NCBI GenBank assembly: GCA_026936335.1
Contig: JAPMXV010000053.1
Span: 310,001 to 374,000 of the forward strand
Direction: 5' to 3'
Source of the DNA: Mantamonas sphyraenae STR306
Lineage: Eukaryota; Protista; CRuMs
DNA: 64,000 nt
Shown: piece by piece, positions 52,301 to 64,000 of the stretch
How positions within the stretch are numbered: the stretch's first letter is position 1
How the letters are laid out: each line of letters begins with the position of its first letter
Notes under the pieces: generated by a model
Told to the model about the DNA's origin: nothing
Databases searched by the model: none
What the model saw: only the letters and a program-made list of their open reading frames with translations
Position numbers and translations under genes: made by a program

Positions 52301-54197
52301 CAACACTCAGAACATGGCCAGCAGCAAGGACGACAGCAAGAGTGGGATGGCCAAGGTGGAGCACGGCGGATGGATGTTTGCAGCTCGCCCTGTTCTCGTC
52401 GCAGGCCAGGCGTTCTCGAATTGTACGTTCGACGACGGTGACACAACCGACACACATGCCATGCACGTGGCCCGGCTGGAAGGAGGCCAAGTGCTGACCG
52501 AGTACGCGCTGGCCTGCAAGTCAGACCAAGAGTTCCGCGGTGTGGCCCTGGGCGAGAGCATCCAGCACCTGCGTGCACAGGTGGACTCGCAGCTGGAGGT
52601 CGTCCAGAGAGAGGGAGGGCGCAAAAAGAAGAAGCGCGAAAAGTCAGACCAGCTTGGTGCCTATCTGGCGCTGGAAGGTGCCGGTGCAGCACAGGTCAGC
52701 AACGATTCCACGGCGAGCGAAGGTGTGCGCAAGCTGGCAGAGTACAAGGAAGCCGTCCGGGGACGCAAGAGCTGGTGGAGTCGCACCAAAGGGCATCTTG
52801 CCAAGTTCATCTTGGACGAGCTGCTTCTTGATCTGGTGCAGTTCCCGAGCATGAAGTTCCGCAATCGGGATCTCGAGCGCGTGTTCAGCGTGTTTGTGAA
52901 GACCTTGACGCGCGGCGGACGCAGCAAACTGATCATGTTGGCCATTTTTGGCCATCTCATGTACACTGTGGTGGAGGCGGTCGAGTTTGGAAACCAGGCC
53001 CGGTTTGGGTGGTATGCCGGGGCACGCGGATTGGCCCTGATCTCGCTCGGCATATGCCTTTGGGTGAACCAAACAGCATCTGTGGCCACAGAACAAGGGG
53101 TGCATCGTCTGGAGCGTTGGATCTACCCGCTTTTCACGGCCAACATTGTCTTTCTGATGTTTGTGGATCTGGCAAACATTTTCACTTTTACAGGCGACTT
53201 TCTGCATCCATTCTCAGGCCAGATTCTGCTTGTGTTTGGAGTGGTGGCGTCCATTGGGTTGCGCGCGTCGCAGCTGTTGGTATTCCTGTGCGTAGCGCTG
53301 GTGTGCAACGCGACGTACGTGGTGCTCTTGCCTTTGGGAAGTGGAGATCGCATCGCTGGCGCCGTACTGCTTGCGCTGGCGGTGCTCATCGCCCTGATGA
53401 TGGCCTTCTCCCTGGAAAATGGCCACCAAGTTGTCTTTCTGCAGCTTCTGGTGGCTGAAGAGGCTCGTGTCGAAAGTGAGCGCAGGAAGAAGGCTACGGT
53501 GGAGCAGCGCTGCGCCACAATGCTCACACAGATGGAAAAGCTGCGCAAAGAGCACTTGGACGGCGGCGTGACACTGCGCTTCAACACACCGGAGATGGAA
53601 CGTGACTATTCCCTGTTCCGGAACAATCTGCTGGTCACACGGTGTCGCTTCGTGCTGTTCTTCACCGCTTGCCTCAGTGTCGTTTATGTCATCCAGGACG
53701 TGTTTGTTTACACCGAAACATCAGAATATGCACAGCTGCGGCAAATTGTCTTTGTGCGCATGGGCCTGGTTGCTCTGTTTGGCGTCTGCTACGCACTGAC
53801 GTACGTGCGGGCGGGCGTCAAGAATTTGGAGGCCGTCATGACGGTCTATGCGGTGGTGCTGATGGGAACCATGCAATACCTGCTGCTTGTGGGACGCTAC
53901 CCTTTCATTTCCTTCATGACGGCGACATTCCTTGTCATTCCGCTTCTGCTTGCCTCGGGCATTCTCGGCGTTGTCACTGCCATTGGAACCGCCGTGGTGC
54001 CCATCGCAGGCAGCACGTTTTCGCTCATTGTCTCTCTCAACGGCGGCTATGTGTTCATTGTCGTGACTGCTCTGACAGCAGTGGTGGCAGCCGTTGCCGA
54101 GAACACTTTGTACCGCCTGCGTTTCCTGCTCTTGCGCGAGGTCGCTGGGCGTGATCCTGGCCGTGGTGTGAGCCAAAACCAAGCAAACCGAGTGTAG
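49341..54197 (+). CDS. Large multi-TM pseudo-cyclase-like protein (paralog B of 8279-12780)
   Basis: Motifs FCDSHTERQY, FRSRQLELDF, FRNRDLERVF and FNTPEMERDY each precede TM clusters; segment LALQDVFFLT..VFRLGIGVPVFVITYT matches LGLQDVLNLT..TFRIGFGMPVFVLAYT of paralog A. Frameshifts near 49735, 50465, 51230 and 51378. Confidence 0.7.
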
Positions 54198-54236
54198 GAT
54201 TAAATGTTGCGTTGTTGTTGTTGTTCATCACCTGTG

Positions 54237-56602
54237 TCACCTCAATCCCATCTGCTCGCGTTGTCGCTCGCGCTCGCGTTGCAGCTCGAGCTCCCACAGC
54301 TCTTGCTGGCGCTCGCGTTCCTCTTGCTTCTCGCGTTCCTCCTGCTGGCGCAGCATATGTGCTCGTTCAATATAACTGGAGTGAACAGGCACGTCATCGT
54401 GGCTGGGGGTGTGCGGAGGGGTCACACACGCGTGTTTGCACCCTTGCTGGCTGACTCCAGCTTGGCAGCCAACTGAGCTCCCAGTTGTTGTTCTTCGTCC
54501 TCCATCAGGCTCTGAGTCTGCTTGGCCACCTTGGACTGCAGATACTCGGAAATGTCGAGCTGCGAGGCCGAGTTTGCTGAGTTGAAAGAGCCACTGCCAC
54601 TGCCGCTTCCTGCCTCACCAACACCGGCTCCACCTGGATCCAGGCTGGTTCGTTGAGGCGTCTTTGTGCGTGCAGCCAGCGCACTGCCTGTGCGATTCAC
54701 CGTGGAGGCCGAGGAGGAGGAAGAGGCTTCAGAAACCCCGCTCGCGCCGCTGCTGCTGCTGCTCCGCACAGACTCGCGGCCCTGTACACGGTGATTGTTC
54801 CTCTTCATCACAGGCGTGCTCACGGGACTCACGTACACAGAATCGTCTGTAAAGTCGTCGTTGGAGTCCCCAAAACCTGTTGTGTCGCCTTGAGGCGTGG
54901 TGGTGGTCGCCATGCTGTCTGAGCTTCCTGCTCCGTTGCGGTAGCGGTTGATGTGCTTGAGCATGGGAGGTAGCTTGCGCGGGCCGACTCCAGACACATG
55001 GCTGGTCTCTGTGCGAAAGGTGAGGTTGCCAGCCTCGCTGGTCAGCGACGGTTCTTCCATTGGGTTGTAGTTGCTCTCGCTACCGGCTGTGGTCAGCACG
55101 GTGCCCATTGTCTGCGTTCCTGGGCTTGACGGCGTAGGAAGGGTGCTTTCCGACAGCTCTCCTGCTCCATCCTCACTGGACATTGCGGGTGAGCGGGACG
55201 TGAGTGAGGAGCTGTGCTGGGCTTGTTGCTCGCCGTTGGACAAACTACGCCCGCGACTCGCGTTGGACATGCTCCGTCCTCGGCTCTCGTACTCAGTCAC
55301 ATATTCATCTCCGTATGCAGTGTTGGATGACGAGCGTGTGCGGCGGTGATGCTTTTTCCCCGAACGGGAGGGCGTCGGGGCAAGGTGGCTGATCCACGGA
55401 TGCAACAGCAGCCGCTTGGCCGACGGCCGCGCAGAAGGTTCGCGCGCAAAGCAGCTGAGGAGAAAGTCGACCGCCTCGTCGCTGATGTGTTCGGGCATCG
55501 TGGGAGGCTCTGTTGATTGGGCAATGTGGAAAAGGGCGCTGATGTGGTCGTTGAAGGAGCCCCAAGGGTGTTTGGCGGTAAACATCTCCAGGACGGTGCA
55601 TGCGACACTCCAAATGTCTGCCTCCTTGCCATGTCCACTTTGGCGAATGACTTCGGGCGCCATCCAGTACGGCGTGCCGTGCAGGCTGCGTATTCCGCCT
55701 GTTGCTGTGAGGAGTCCCTCGATTTTCTTGCTGGCCCCAAAGTCGGCCAGCTTGACCACGCCGGTCTTGTCGACCAGGATGTTGCCTCCTTTGATGTCGC
55801 GGTGCACAATGTTGTGTTCGTGGAGGTAGTGGAGGCCCTCCAGAATCTGGTAGGTGTACACCTGGACGAGGTTCTCGCCAAACGGGCCAAATCGCTGTAG
55901 CAGCGAGGCAATGGAGCCTCCAGGCACGTACTCCAGAAAGATGTTGAGGTGTTCGTCGTCGTACTGAGTGCCAAGGTACCGCACAATGTTTGGGTGCACA
56001 AGGTCCTGCATCAGCATGACCTCGTTCTCCAGCTTGCTGATCTCTGTGGCGATATTGTCCGCCGTGTCGGCAACAATGGAGATCTGCTTGACAGCAAGCA
56101 GCTCGCCCGTTTCCTGTTCCAGCCCAATGTACACTTTCCCAAACGAGCCCGATCCGATGAGCCCTCCCTTGCGCCACTTAATTTCGCGCGGCCGCTCTCC
56201 CGGCAGCGGCGACACGGTGCGATCTGACGCGGTCGATCCTGCAGGGGACATGTCGCCTGCATAAAATTGCTGGTTGTACGAGTGCCCCCCACCCTCGTGC
56301 TCCTCGACAAAGCTGAGGGGCGAGTTCTGCGGGCCAAAGAACACAGGCGTTGGGCGATCCCAAAAACGGGTTTGCGGTGTGTTGGAAGGTGTCAGCGATG
56401 TGCGCAGGCAACGTCGGATCAGCCTAGCTGCGTCTACACTCACATCTTGTGCCGGTTCCATGTAGTAAGCGTCGGCATAATTGTTCAGCGTGTTCGACGA
56501 GGCCGTGTCCTGCAAGTACGCGTTGGCGATTTCCTCCAGCCGCTCCTTCTGCTTCGAGTCCACGCTCTTGGACTGCTTGCTGCGGGACAAGCCTCCTCCC
56601 AT
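54237..56602 (-). CDS. STE11/NPK1-type MAP kinase kinase kinase
   Basis: WRKGGLIGSGSFGKVY, LAVKQI, HRDIKGGNILV, KLADFGASKK, GTPYWMAPEV; MGGG start (possible myristoylation). A one-base frameshift near 54422-54430 adds an NPK1-like terminal coiled coil (ERQQELWELELQRERERQRE). Confidence 0.88.
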
Positions 56603-56873
56603 GGCCACGATGCAGCTGTACACAGAAAGCGGCGGGTTGTGTTGGTCCACGATTCGGGGGAACCACAAGTGCGCATACGGCCCCACCCAAACACATACAC
56701 ACAGAAAAGGTACGCCACCCACACTGCAGGTGAGAGTTGCACATGAGCACCCGTAGATGGACGCTGACACGCTGATTTCTCTCGCTGCCGTTCCTTGGCG
56801 CCGCTCACTCACCCTGCGGCTGTGGCTTTCGGGCTGGGACGGGGCGAAAATTTGCACTTTTGCCACACGCAGC

Positions 56874-57712
56874 ATGTCGCTGACTGCCGCCAAGAAGATC
56901 TCGAAAGTGGGAGACCCCGAGGAGCTGGAGCTGGACGTTGCAGGCCACCTTGTTGATATCGAGTCGAGCGTGCCGCAGCTGCAGGCCCAGCTGGCCCAGC
57001 TGACGATCAACGCTGTGAAGCGCGTTGAACTGCCGGACGGCAGCGATTGCGTCCTGATTTTCGTGCCGCAGCCGCAGCTGAAGCGCTACCACACGGTGCA
57101 GCAGCGCCTGGTGGACGAGCTGCAGAAGCGCATGCATGTGGAGAACGTGCTGGTGATTGCACAGCGCAAGATCCTGCCGAAGGAGTCGCGCAAGAACCAC
57201 CTGAAGCGCCAGAAGCGCCCCCGCTCTCGCACTCTGACTGCGGTGCACGAGGCCATCCTGGACGACCTGGTGTTCCCTGCACAGATCACGGGCAAGTCGA
57301 CGCGCTACCGTGTGGAGGGCCCCAAGGTGCTGAACGTGTAAGTGAAGGGAGAGGGATTAGAGGGGTTTTTGGAGGAGAGGGTGCATGCGGGTGGGGCAAA
57401 AAAGAACGGGGAGGTCTGGAGGGGAGGGGGACGGAGGACAAGCAGAAGGGGGTTGAAGGGAGGTGGGAGGGGTGGGCATGGAGTGGGGCGAGAGAGTGTG
57501 GGTTGTGAGATGGGATGGGGAGGGGACACTGACGCGGAGGGAGACTTTGCCTTGCGATTGCACGGGGGGGTGGGTTTGTTTGAAACGACGTGGGGACTCA
57601 CAGGAAGCTGAACACGAAGAGCAAGGAGGCTACGGAGGGCAAAGTGGATGTGTTCAGCTTTGTGTACAAGAAGCTGACGGGCAAGGACACGTCGTTCACC
57701 TACCAGGGCTAA
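56874..57712 (+). CDS. RPS7: 40S ribosomal protein S7 (eS7), copy 1
   Basis: KRQKRPRSRTLTAVHEAILDDLVFPAQITGK, VYKKLTGKD. Intron 57338-57603. Confidence 0.96.
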
Positions 57713-58434
57713 GCAGACTCTGCGCAGAGGAAGCGGAGCGTGCTACAAATGAATGGGACCGTACGACACACACCACAGGCACAGCGGGCTCCACACGGCC
57801 TGAGGAGGTGGGGGAAAACTCCGTGCGGTGCATTCACTTGTTGACGTCTTGTTCTGTGGGTGCTCCTGTGGATTTGGACCGGACTGCCAATCTTCAGGGC
57901 CTGGCGCATTCGTGCGCGTGTACATCAAGAGGTACAGAGACGGGCAGCGGGCGAATGGATCCATTGGGATGACCGTGGCAACTGCGACCCTACCTGGGCT
58001 TCGCAACGGGACGATTTGGACACCCGACGAGAACCAACACAACACATACAGAATGTACGTTCCAGTGGAAGTGTGCGCAGAAACAGAGTGCCCCAGGGTG
58101 TTGAAGTGTGCCGTTGGCAGGACAGGGTGATGCTTGCAGATGTTTGGTCATGTTGTCTGGGCGGTGGGTTCACCGGGTGGATTCGCGCATGCCGCACAAT
58201 CGCGCCGCACCCTACCTCGCCGTGCAGGACCCATCCAATGTCATCGAAAGCATGGGGCGATGTCTAGGGATGTCACGCATTTCTTCACCGAAGCAGAGAG
58301 TGATTGCACTCGTAGATGGACGCTGACACGCTGATTTCTCTCGCTGCCGTTCCTTGGCGCCGCTCACTCACCCTGCGGCTGTGGCTTTCGGGCTGGGACG
58401 GGGCGAAAATTTGCACTTTTGCCACGCACACAGC

Positions 58435-59272
58435 ATGTCGCTGACTGCCGCCAAGAAGATCTCGAAAGTGGGAGACCCCGAGGAGCTGGAGCTGGACGTT
58501 GCAGGCCACCTTGTTGATATCGAGTCGAGCGTGCCGCAGCTGCAGGCCCAGCTGGCCCAGCTGACGATCAACGCTGTGAAGCGCGTTGAACTGCCGGACG
58601 GCAGCGATTGCGTCCTGATTTTCGTGCCGCAGCCGCAGCTGAAGCGCTACCACACGGTGCAGCAGCGCCTGGTGGACGAGCTGCAGAAGCGCATGCATGT
58701 GGAGAACGTGCTGGTGATTGCACAGCGCAAGATCCTGCCGAAGGAGTCGCGCAAGAACCACCTGAAGCGCCAGAAGCGCCCCCGCTCTCGCACTCTGACT
58801 GCGGTGCACGAGGCCATCCTGGACGACCTGGTGTTCCCTGCACAGATCACGGGCAAGTCGACGCGCTACCGTGTGGAGGGCCCCAAGGTGCTGAACGTGT
58901 AAGTGAAGGGAGAGGGATTAGAGGGGTTTTTGGAGGAGAGGGTGCATGCGGGTGGGGCAAAAAAGAACGGGGAGGTCTGGAGGGGAGGGGGACGGAGGAC
59001 AAGCAGAAGGGGGTTGAAGGGAGGTGGGAGGGGTGGGCATGGAGTGGGGCGAGAGAGTGTGGGTTGTGAGATGGGATGGGGAGGGGACACTGACGCGGAG
59101 GGAGACTTTTGCCTTGCGATTGCACGGGGGTGGGTTTGTTTGAAACGACGTGGGGACTCACAGGAAGCTGAACACGAAGAGCAAGGAGGCTACGGAGGGC
59201 AAGGTGGATGTGTTCAGCTTTGTGTACAAGAAGCTGACGGGCAAGGACACGTCGTTCACCTACCAGGGCTAA
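58435..59272 (+). CDS. RPS7: 40S ribosomal protein S7 (eS7), copy 2
   Basis: Same protein as copy 1. Intron 58899-59163. Confidence 0.96.
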
Positions 59273-59312
59273 GCAGACGCAGCACAGAGCCAAACCAAAT
59301 GAATTCACGGCA

Positions 59313-60071
59313 TCACCCACACGCACATCCCCGGTCATTGCGTGGCTGGCCAATAGGGTTACCCACGCCGTCGTCCACAGCGTCGTCGTCCAGGACGACG
59401 GCGCTGGTGCGTGCTCCACTTCCTCCCAGCGTCTTTTTCAGGCTGGGCAGCAACGCACCAAGCTTCTGACCACGCGTGTTGCTGCTCCCATGTGCTTCCT
59501 CAATGGCGACGCCCGAATCCTTGTCCGTCGGGTCGATGTCGCCGCTCTCCACGCGCGTCAAAATTGTGCGGGCAGTCTTCATGAACGCCTCCGTCACGTT
59601 TTCGCCGTCCAGAGCCGATGTTTCCAGGAACATCATGTCATTCTCCACGGCCAGGCGCGACGCCTCTGTAAACGTCACTTCTCGATCGTCCACAAGGTCC
59701 TTCTTGTTGCCCAGCAGCATTACGGCCACGGAATCCCCGCCCAAGGTGCGCACGTCGCTCAGCCACTTTGTGACGTTGGTGAACGAGTCCCGCGATGTGA
59801 TGTCGTACACCAACAGACATCCTGCAGCTGCGCGGAAATACTGCTTGCTGACACTCCGGAAGCGCTCCTGGCCGGCAGTGTCCCAGATCTGCAGGTGAAC
59901 TTTTGTGTCGCCCAGTTCCACCACTCGACTGCCAAACTCCACACCCACTGTCTGGGTTGTGTCGTCCTTGAAACTACCCTCGACAAACCGTTGCAGCAAC
60001 GCCGTTTTGCCCACTCCGGCGTCACCCACAGCCACAAACTTGACCAGCATCTGCGTGCCCAAACTCGACAT
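59313..60071 (-). CDS. RAB4: Rab GTPase, Rab4-like
   Basis: GDAGVGKT, TVGVEFGSR, WDTAGQERFRSV, GNKKDL, EASRLAVENDMMFLETSA; C-terminal CAC prenylation motif. Confidence 0.8.
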   Translation of the reverse strand: MSSLGTQMLVKFVAVGDAGVGKTALLQRFVEGSFKDDTTQTVGVEFGSRVVELGDTKVHLQIWDTAGQERFRSVSKQYFRAAAGCLLVYDITSRDSFTNVTKWLSDVRTLGGDSVAVMLLGNKKDLVDDREVTFTEASRLAVENDMMFLETSALDGENVTEAFMKTARTILTRVESGDIDPTDKDSGVAIEEAHGSSNTRGQKLGALLPSLKKTLGGSGARTSAVVLDDDAVDDGVGNPIGQPRNDRGCACG

Positions 60072-60186
60072 TCACAGTGTGCTGCTTGTGATTCCTATGA
60101 GGCCAGTCTCACAACAACACGTGCCCGGTTTGCTTTTGGTGTGGTTCGGTGGGTGCCCGCATGCACCCACAGCAAAATTGCAGAAA

Positions 60187-63100
60187 ATGTCGTCGGGAGA
60201 CTTTGACGAAGATCTGCGGCTGGCGCTGGAGTTGTCCATGGTGTGTGACCGCCACGTGTCTTCCCGCTTCTGCACATTCCATGTATATCCCACTGACACC
60301 TGTGTGTTGTCCACACGCGGCCACAGCAACTGGCGCAGCAGGAGGCCGCCAACGCGGAAGCTGCGGCTGCTTCCGAATCTGCAGCGGCGGCGGACGACAA
60401 CGACGACAGCGCCCTACCGGACGGAGAAAACAACAATGCAGAACGGGAACCCCAACAGGGTAGCTCTACCGCCCCAGGCGAACCTGTGGCCGAGGTTCAG
60501 GTCGTGGAAGAGGAGAAAGAGCCCGAAACCACGCAGGTGAGTGCACACGCCGAAATGCCTCGGTGGAATTGGGCGCCGTCCACCACTTTGCCCTCCTACC
60601 CTGGCCAACCCTCGTGGTTTGCTGTGCCTCTGCTCACGCTTTTGGCGGGCTCATTGACCACCCGTGTGTGTCCACTCGTCCCACCCGGTGCAGGAGAAGC
60701 TCGTTGCTTTGCGAAAGGCGTTGAGCAGCGTGGCGGTGTTTGAGTCAGACAAGCTGGCCCAGCTGGCCACGCCGCTGCTTACGCTTGTTCAGAACCACGC
60801 CAGTCTCAACCTGAGCGAACAGCAAGAAGTTTACGTGGCCCGTGTTCTGGAACAGTACGTGGTGGCTCTGCTCAACAGCAATCTGTCCGCAGGTAGGTTT
60901 TTCTCGGGGAGCAGATCACACAACGCGGCAGCGTTTGCGCCTCCTGATTGCCGCTGACATCGCCCCTCGTCCGCCCTTGGCCTCTCGCCTTGACCCACGA
61001 CACCGTACGCTCAGTGGAAGAGGCCGGCAACGGCCAATTTGTGCAAGAGTCGTGCCGCATCATCATGACGTACTGCGTGGTGTCGCTGGAGAATCGGGTG
61101 TTTGCAATCGACTACACACAGCCCGGAAGCGCCACACAACTGGAGGAGTGGAGCACCAACAGCACGCGCTTGCTCAACATGGTCTCTCAACTGTGTCTGG
61201 AGCAGAACAAGCCGACCATGGCTCACCTCATGACGTTGGTGCGCGCAGACCTGGACTCGGTCGAGTTGCCCGACGTCAGCGTGCTTTCCTTGGACGCAAG
61301 CACCTCGTTCGCCTCGGCTCCTTCCACAACAACCATCGGCGGCAGCTACAGCGCAAGCGGTCGAACAAGCCCCTCTGCGGACGAGCAGTCTGAAGGCGGA
61401 CCGTCGGAGAACACAGACGCGCAGGCTGCTCTCCAGGCAATGACGGCCATGCTGGCAGCCACATCCAACCCATCCACTGTATCATCCACAGACACACAGG
61501 CCGCATCGGAAACAGGTGATCTCTCAGCGCTGCTGTCCGACCCTGCGGCCACCAAGCTCACCTTGACCTCGCTCCAGGCCGACAATGTCGACTTTTTGGA
61601 CTGCGAGCTCTCGGGTGCCTCCTCGCTTGTTGCTACCTGCTACCAGCTGCTCCTTCCCGAACAAGAAGCCACAGGGGCAGACGAAGAGGACGACGACGCC
61701 AACGACGGCGACACAAGCACTGCCTCGGCCTCCTCCGACGAATCGCCGAAACGCACCAACACCATGGTAACCACCATGCCCGTGTCGTCGCATGCCCAGC
61801 TGGCCATTCTGGAACAAGTGCTGGGGTTTGTTGCGCGTGTGCTCGAGTTTCTGGAGCGGGTGTGCATCAACAACGACGACACAGACCTCACCACCTGGAC
61901 AGTGGCCCTCATTGCCAAGCTCATGGCCACACACCTCAACATGGTTGCCTATGTACACCGCAGCAACACGCACACAACCAGCCTGGCCCCCGTGCTGGAT
62001 CTGGTAGACGCCGCCTGCACCCTCATCGGCACCATCTCCAATTCGGACAACGTGCTGCACAACACGCAAACCTACATTGCCATGCGCGTCCTCAGCGAGC
62101 TGCGCAATCTCCACGTCACTGATGCGGCTCAGTTCCTCCTCCAAGGCGGTTCGTCGGCCACCCGAGGCGCCGTCTTCCATCCGGGCATTGTCCTCTACGC
62201 CATCGACATCATGAAGAATGTCGTCAGCCACAGCGTGCAACTCGGAGCTGCGGGCGGGCAGGCAAACAGTGCCCGTCGCCGAAGGCGCAACCGCCGCACA
62301 CGCACGTTCTCCATCCTCTCGCCGTCCACGAGCATGTCCTTTGGAGACCTTGACTTTGACTGCATGGGCGACTACACACCATCCGAGCGGCTCATGTACC
62401 TTGTAAAGCCCTCGTCGTCGTCCGAGTTTCTCGACCTCATGTTTTCGCTCATGTGCGTCGCCTACGACCAGTACATTGAGTTTATGGATGGTCACCACTC
62501 GGGCGCCGATACAAGTATTGATGTGGCCACTGCTGACGACATCTGGTTTCAAGATTTGTTCTCGGATGCGTCAGAGGCTGGCGAAGCAAGCGCCGCTGAG
62601 AACAAGCCCAGCCCCGTCAGCGGCAGTGGCAACGACACAACCGTGACTGCGATGCACTCTGCTGCGTCACAGGACGCGATCGACTTTCTGCTCGTGGCCA
62701 GCGCTTGCCAAAGCTTTCTGCGAAACAGCATCTTGGCGAGCGGTTCCGGCACTCTGTCGCGGTACGTGCTGTCTTCGTTTGCCCCGTGGCATGTGGATGC
62801 TCTGATGCACGTGATGCAGGCGACGCAGAAGCACAAGGGTCAGCATGAATCGGAACACTGCGAAATGATCGCCAACCTGCGCGCGCTGGGGGCCTTTGTC
62901 ATCGAAGGCAAGGGTGGCCTGGTGGACCTCAAGGTGCAACCTGACCTCATCGAACACCTGTGCTCGTCGGACGGCGCTTGGAACGAGTCTCTTGCGGGGG
63001 AGAGCATGTGCTTTGTTGCGCGGTGGTTCGCCAACTCGGTGGCCAAGGAACCAGCCGGAGCGAATGCCCTTGCGTCCAAGGTGTGGCGTGCGGTGCTGAC

Positions 63101-64000
63101 CCGCTTCCAACAGCTACTCGAGGACGACTCGGACAATGTGGGCGGTTGGAACGTCGAAACCATCCAGTGGCTGGCGTTTGTGTACACCCTGCTCACCGCG
63201 GCGTCCAAGGCCATTGTGATGGCGCAGATGCTGGATGTCCTCGAAACACGCCTGGTCAAGGACCAAGCGTGGAGCAATGGGACAGCAACAGGTGTTGGCA
63301 TGCCTTGTTCAGCTGTGGGAGTTTGCATTGCATCACGGTTCGGGGTTGCCCGAGGACCTGGTGTCGTGTGTCCACCAGAACTTGTTTGCACGTGCCACCA
63401 CGAAAACCGAGCCAAAGCGCTCGCCTTCGTCTGTGGATGCATCGCTTTTTGAGCTGGGTGGTCCTCTGACGGACAGCAAGCTGAACACCTACGAGAGCCT
63501 CGCGGACAAGACCGCCTGGGTTGTCAGCACCTTGCAACAAGACGAACAGAGCCTGTTGGGTGTGTTGGGCGTGGACAGCGTGCACGGAGAGTCGTACACA
63601 AAGGCATACACGCGCATGTGCACCCTTTTGGATGCGAGCGTGTTTGCCGAGTCACAGCGATCGTGTGCTACGGATCAGGCTTTCCTGTGCGTGTGGCGCG
63701 CTCTGTCACGATTGCCTGTCCCGGATGCGTGGCGCAGTAGCCTTGTGAGCGGCCAGGTGTGGGACGGCATGCTCGACAGCGATGCTGCGCTGAACAACAG
63801 TGACATTCATCGCATCCGACTGGTGACACGCACTTTGTGCACCTCGTCGACGGCACCAGGTGCCACGACTGTCCTGCGGCACGTGAACTGGAACAAGCAC
63901 TGGCAGGCGAGCCTGGCTGTGCTGGGTCGCATAGGGCAGGGCAGCGCCAACGCGTCTTCCTTGCGCGCAGAGCTGTTCACCTGCTGCCTCGTCACCTTTG
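60187..64000 (+). CDS. Partial very large helical protein with N-terminal UIM; possibly UBR4/BIG-like
   Basis: UIM DEDLRLALELSM. GT-AG introns 60241-60326, 60537-60693, 60893-61014. After a +1 shift near 63245-63275 the frame continues open towards the window end. DIWFQDLFS is only reminiscent of BIG/UBR4. Confidence 0.55.

Larger units (their letters stand above)
56747..59278 (+). repeat. ~0.97 kb direct repeat (56747-57718 and 58306-59278) separated by a unique ~590 bp spacer
   Basis: Both copies begin near gcacYcgtagatggacgctgac and end at taagcagac. Confidence 0.95.

Noticed and set aside
57719-58305. Small ORFs in the RPS7 spacer
   Set aside because: No recognisable homology or consistent exon model; not annotated as a CDS.

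Overview
Nuclear DNA of a gene-dense, GC-rich, flagellated microbial eukaryote (standard genetic code, spliceosomal introns of about 60-270 bp, CA/TG microsatellites). About 25 protein-coding genes fill almost the whole window, many only 8-95 bp apart. They are: a partial MAP67/SRP54-M-domain-like mitochondrial protein, STX6, ADH5, ATG4, HID1, two paralogous multi-TM pseudo-cyclase-like proteins, an F-box/LRR protein, a USP9/24/34-type deubiquitinase, a CCCH zinc finger, NEMF, TDO2, a hybrid histidine kinase with fused HPt, a TPR protein, EFHB, DNAI2 (x2), ALG6, XDH, a small membrane protein, an NPK1/STE11-type MAP3K, RPS7 (x2), a RAB4-like GTPase and a partial UIM-containing giant protein (UBR4/BIG-like?). 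Highlights: (1) an AT-AC U12-type intron in STX6, implying a minor spliceosome; (2) extreme intergenic compaction, with a putative AAURAA poly(A) signal often fused to the stop codon; (3) two gene-sized direct repeats flanking unrelated DNA (A-X-A); (4) a divergent four-membrane-module pseudo-nucleotide-cyclase family; (5) a one-polypeptide HK-REC-HPt phosphorelay; (6) about 10 single-base frameshifts, probably long-read errors but testable. No tRNA, rRNA, CRISPR or transposase was seen. All gene models were made by eye and need RNA-seq confirmation.
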